A stretch of DNA of 63,947 bases, filler included, from Basidioascus undulatus (lineage: Eukaryota), in the NCBI GenBank assembly GCA_000826855.1. It is 3 parts of 3 records of this genome, joined end to end, with 100 filler letters (N's around TTAATTAATTAA, not from the genome) between each part and the next. Parts side by side here need not be neighbours in the genome. Positions count along the whole stretch, not along the records: positions 43,924 to 63,947 come from JTLS01000383.1; 2 more parts are not named here. One strand, given 5' to 3'. The position numbers and the translations under genes are program-made. Every line of letters starts with the position of its first letter. Position 1 is the first letter of the stretch. The notes under the pieces are model-generated. The model worked only from the letters and a program-made list of their open reading frames with translations. It made no database searches and was not told where the DNA came from. This document shows, piece by piece, positions 49,591-63,947 of this stretch.

Positions 49591-51013
49591 TGCAGTGTCT
49601 CGCGTGGGTCCAAGCGACCGTTATGAGCTTGATCAGATGAGAACCAACGAGGAGTCTGGACGGGTCCTGTACATGCGCGCAAGGACTGTGTAGCGCGAAC
49701 CACACCCGACGGAAACCTGCGCCAAGCACCTCTCATTCCCTACCGCCCAGGCCTCGCCTGAGTCATGCTTGACGGGGAAACACCTGTGAACCACATAGTA
49801 AACACGGTAGACCTGTCACGATGGGCGTTTCCTCGAGCTGATGATCCTCCAGTTCGATGGGAATACTATGGGAAGGAGGGAAGCAGCTTGGAAGTCCTCC
49901 CCCGCAATTACGGTCTTCCGGCCAAGCTTTCGAGAAGTCATTATCGCTTTGCTTGATTCCCGACGTTTCGTCTCGCATGGTCATGCCAATGAAAGTGTCC
50001 TCGCTGTCAAGCAAGACGTCCTCGTGATCGTCACCGCGGTAGCGTTACTGATGACCCGGGCCGCAGGTTCCAAAGGTTTCATGCTCTGGAAATAATCTAG
50101 AAATGATGACAGAAAGACGTGTTGATGGAACGAATAGGCTTGCAGGTCGTGCTATTAGCGATACGCGGTTGCCGCTCCTGCCCGGAAGAACACCTCTCCG
50201 AGGAGACACGTTCTAAGGTGTTCGAAAGCAGTTGCAAGGCAAGAAAGCGGGTATAATTGCTGTAGTTCTGTAGAAACACTGAGATTTCATGCGATTATCA
50301 TGGGGAAGGGCGGTAAGATGGTGTTGAATGAATGGATCACAGCCAGACTGTGCGTGCGTGGGTATGGCGCCGGCGCAGTCATCCAACCCGGTGGTGTCTT
50401 GCTAAGCACAGCACACAACTCCAATGTTACTGATGTACGCCGTAGAGCTAGAATAAGCAAGCGATACACTCATCTCTGGAAGCGCCTCCTAATGTGCTGC
50501 TAGACTTGCCGAACCAAATGCAGCGACACATCGCTGAGAGTGACTGCATTGTGTCACTGCCACAAGGCTGAATCTTCGGGGGATTGCTGCGGCACTAGTG
50601 ATTTGTAGCCTTTGGTCTTCGGTCAGAATAGCGGATATTCTCAACAGGCGCTGGCGCCTACAACCTTCGAGAGCATTTCATCTCGCCTGTCGCAGAAAGA
50701 CGCAACTTTCAGAATCCCGAGTTACCGCCGACGTCCTTTCCAAGATTTCGCACACACACAACCAGCTTTTGAGATGATCACTACGATTGGAACATGGGAG
50801 CCGCAGCTTGACAGCCATCGGGGAGAGCAGCCCAGTGTGTGCGCAGCGGGGTAGGATATGAATCATCATCCTCAGAATCGCTGAGCGGTCACAAGAGAAA
50901 ATAGGTTAAAACAATAAGTACAACATTGAATATAGAATGCAGCTGTCCACGACACATGTCCAATCGTTCTCCGTCGAACGCATCTCCCACGACGACGCCG
51001 AGAGCAGCACCGC

Positions 51014-60369
<9,356 letters not shown>

Positions 60370-60972
60370 CGCGATTATCGGCGAAGAGGCTACCGTATGA
60401 AGAGCGAATATCCGTCGCTGCGATCGATAATTCGAGGGGTCAGAGAAAGGGAAAGGAAGGAGCGCCCGAGGACAGACGGGTGTACGTGATCAAGATGGGA
60501 GAGCCCCTGCCGGCAAGTTCGCGTCCGGGACGCGACGCGCAAGTAGGTGATTTTTGTTTTCATGCTCTCCTGCGACACTCACAAACCGCCATCGAACAAG
60601 TCCATATCGCTGGTGGACATGGTCATGCCATTGTATTTACTGAACCATATACCATTCACCTTGGGAGGCTCGGTGTGCGAACCGAGACCGCGACGCCGTG
60701 AACGCCCAACCTGCCGCTTCACACACCGCGTTTTCGAACATATGCTCCATCAACGTTCCAAAAATGCCAGCTAGCTATACAACCATTGCGGTTTCACAAT
60801 CTCACAATCAGGGGGAATATCTTTCGTCGTGGTCGCGGCGGAGGGGTGAAGGTCAAGGAATAAGGAGAGGGGGAAGGATATGCGATGCTCAGAACATGCG
60901 ATGCATTCCCAACGCAGACGCAACCGGGCGGCGCAGCTCGCGAGCACGAGGTGGCTGGAGGAGCAGACGCGC

Positions 60973-62711
<1,739 letters not shown>

Positions 62712-63134
62712 TGTGGGTGGACTGATGGACTGCTAGCGGGTGTTGAGGGCTGACTATGGGTGGATCAGGCGCGTTGAAGGGGGGCTGGTGGTGGCGGGAG
62801 GGCAAGCGAGAGCGTCAGGCGTCGAGTCGAGAGGGGCCAAGAGCGCGAGCAGCACGCACGCAGCCTTTGGTCACGTCACTCAAGAGACACCGAGGCCGCT
62901 TTCGGCGATTGACTGTGCCGAAAGATCACGTTTGCGTTTCCATTCAATAACTCACTATTGTAATGATATCATGAGTCTTCATTCCGATCTTCGGCAACTT
63001 TGAAGACGCTCAAGTTAGTGTTGTAGGGGCGCAGCCTTCCTGAAACCCTCCCATTTACATTTACCAGAGCCGATCCACTATTATTCTGCCCATGAACAGC
63101 AAAGGAGTCAGGGAACGAGATAAGCCAACTGCGC

Positions 63135-63142
63135 TGACGTCA
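63135..63142. promoter_or_regulatory. Perfect CRE palindrome TGACGTCA in the divergent PEP4/CipC intergenic region
   Basis: Exact match to the ATF/CREB consensus; function not shown. Confidence 0.35.
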
Positions 63143-63353
63143 GTTCGCAACACGTTCTCACTCATCTCAACTCGCTCATCTCGCTCACATACATATCGAT
63201 CCCGTCAGGCGCCTGGACAGCAGCGTGTGCTTTCTTTGGCACACCGCTCGAGCACGGCTCTATTTCGAGTAACCGCCTTCGTCAAGCTGTGCTTCCCTCC
63301 CCCTTTTGAATCCTTTGAATCCGTGGCGCGACTGCGGGGGCCTGCGCGACGTG

Positions 63354-63359
63354 TATAAA
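63354..63359 (+). promoter_or_regulatory. TATA box of the CipC-like gene
   Basis: TATAAA lies 116 nt upstream of the ATG and is followed by a CT/CA-rich leader. Confidence 0.5.
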
Positions 63360-63469
63360 GCGCGCTGGCTGAGCTGGCGGCAGCGGTCTTCTCTTCCCAT
63401 CCATCACGACCACACCGCACTCTCCCCTTCAGACTCACCCACACACCACACACACTTTACCTAGACACA

Positions 63470-63947
63470 ATGGGCTGGTTCTCGGACGACCACAAGCAGG
63501 CCAACCAGGAGATCTACGGCTCTGAACAGCACAAGTCCTCATGGAGCCACGAGCTCATCGGCGGTGCGTCCTCGTCTCCTTCGCGTCATGGTGTCTTTTT
63601 AGGTGATGTACTGACGGTTCCACGACGCTCTCAGGTGCCGCTGCTTTCGAGTGCGTATAGTAGCTGGTCCATCCCTCCAGGTCGATTACGGCTGACATTC
63701 CCCCCACCGCCGCTCACCCACTTCAGGGCTATGAAGGTCCGTATCCCAGCCGCCCCATGTCCACTTTGGCCCTGGGCTCACTAGAAGACGCCGCCCTAAC
63801 CAGGCCTACGAGGACCACGAGCGCAAGGAGGGCAAGCCGCCGTCCCACCAGTTCGCGAAAGAATTGATGGCTGGGTTCGCTGGTGCCGAGGTGCGTTGGA
63901 ACTGTCCTCCTGTGCGGTCTCCCCATCGCCCTCCCGCACCCCCCCCC
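63470..63947 (+). CDS. cipC: CipC-like (DUF3759) protein, 3' end outside the window
   Basis: Spliced product reads MGWFSDDHKQANQEIYGSEQHKSSWSHELIGGAAAFEAMKAYEDHERKEGKPPSHQFAKELMAGFAGAE. Confidence 0.9.

Noticed and set aside
49763..50870. Short ORFs between the kinase-like remnant and MEC1
   Set aside because: Possibly a further decayed gene, but I could not assemble a consistent spliced model or recognise a motif.

Overview
This is eukaryotic fungal genomic DNA. It is GC-rich and very intron-dense (mostly ~55-110 nt GT-AG introns with GTGCGT/GTCCGT/GTTCGT/GTGAGT donors and CTGAC/CTAAC branch points), consistent with a basidiomycete, possibly Pucciniomycotina (inference). The supplied ORF track is therefore mostly exon fragments and shadow ORFs; I spliced the gene models below by hand. 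Apparently intact genes are an Old Yellow Enzyme oxidoreductase, DOP1, a GNAT acetyltransferase, an RNI-like LRR protein, NADPH oxidase NoxB, an OCRL/INPP5B-like inositol 5-phosphatase, ATR/MEC1, PEP4 and a partial CipC-like gene. There is also the 3' part of a Cap64/Cas3-like gene, a possibly frameshifted DUF6535-like gene and two tRNAs, Ser(GCT) and Thr(AGT). Two 100-nt N gaps carry an artificial TTAATTAATTAA linker. Two things stand out. (1) About ten accessory genes (GH71 glucanase, MFS transporter, NAD-binding protein, F-box protein, APH-like kinase, GPI-anchored protein and others) carry frameshifts, nonsense codons or lost start/splice signals, while neighbouring core genes look clean where checked. 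(2) A ~1.16 kb non-coding TGTA...TACA-bounded element at 17356-18516 contains a diverged ~675 bp palindrome, telomere-like GTTAGG motifs, a G-quadruplex-competent tract and many hairpins. All calls come from reading the sequence; no database searches were run.
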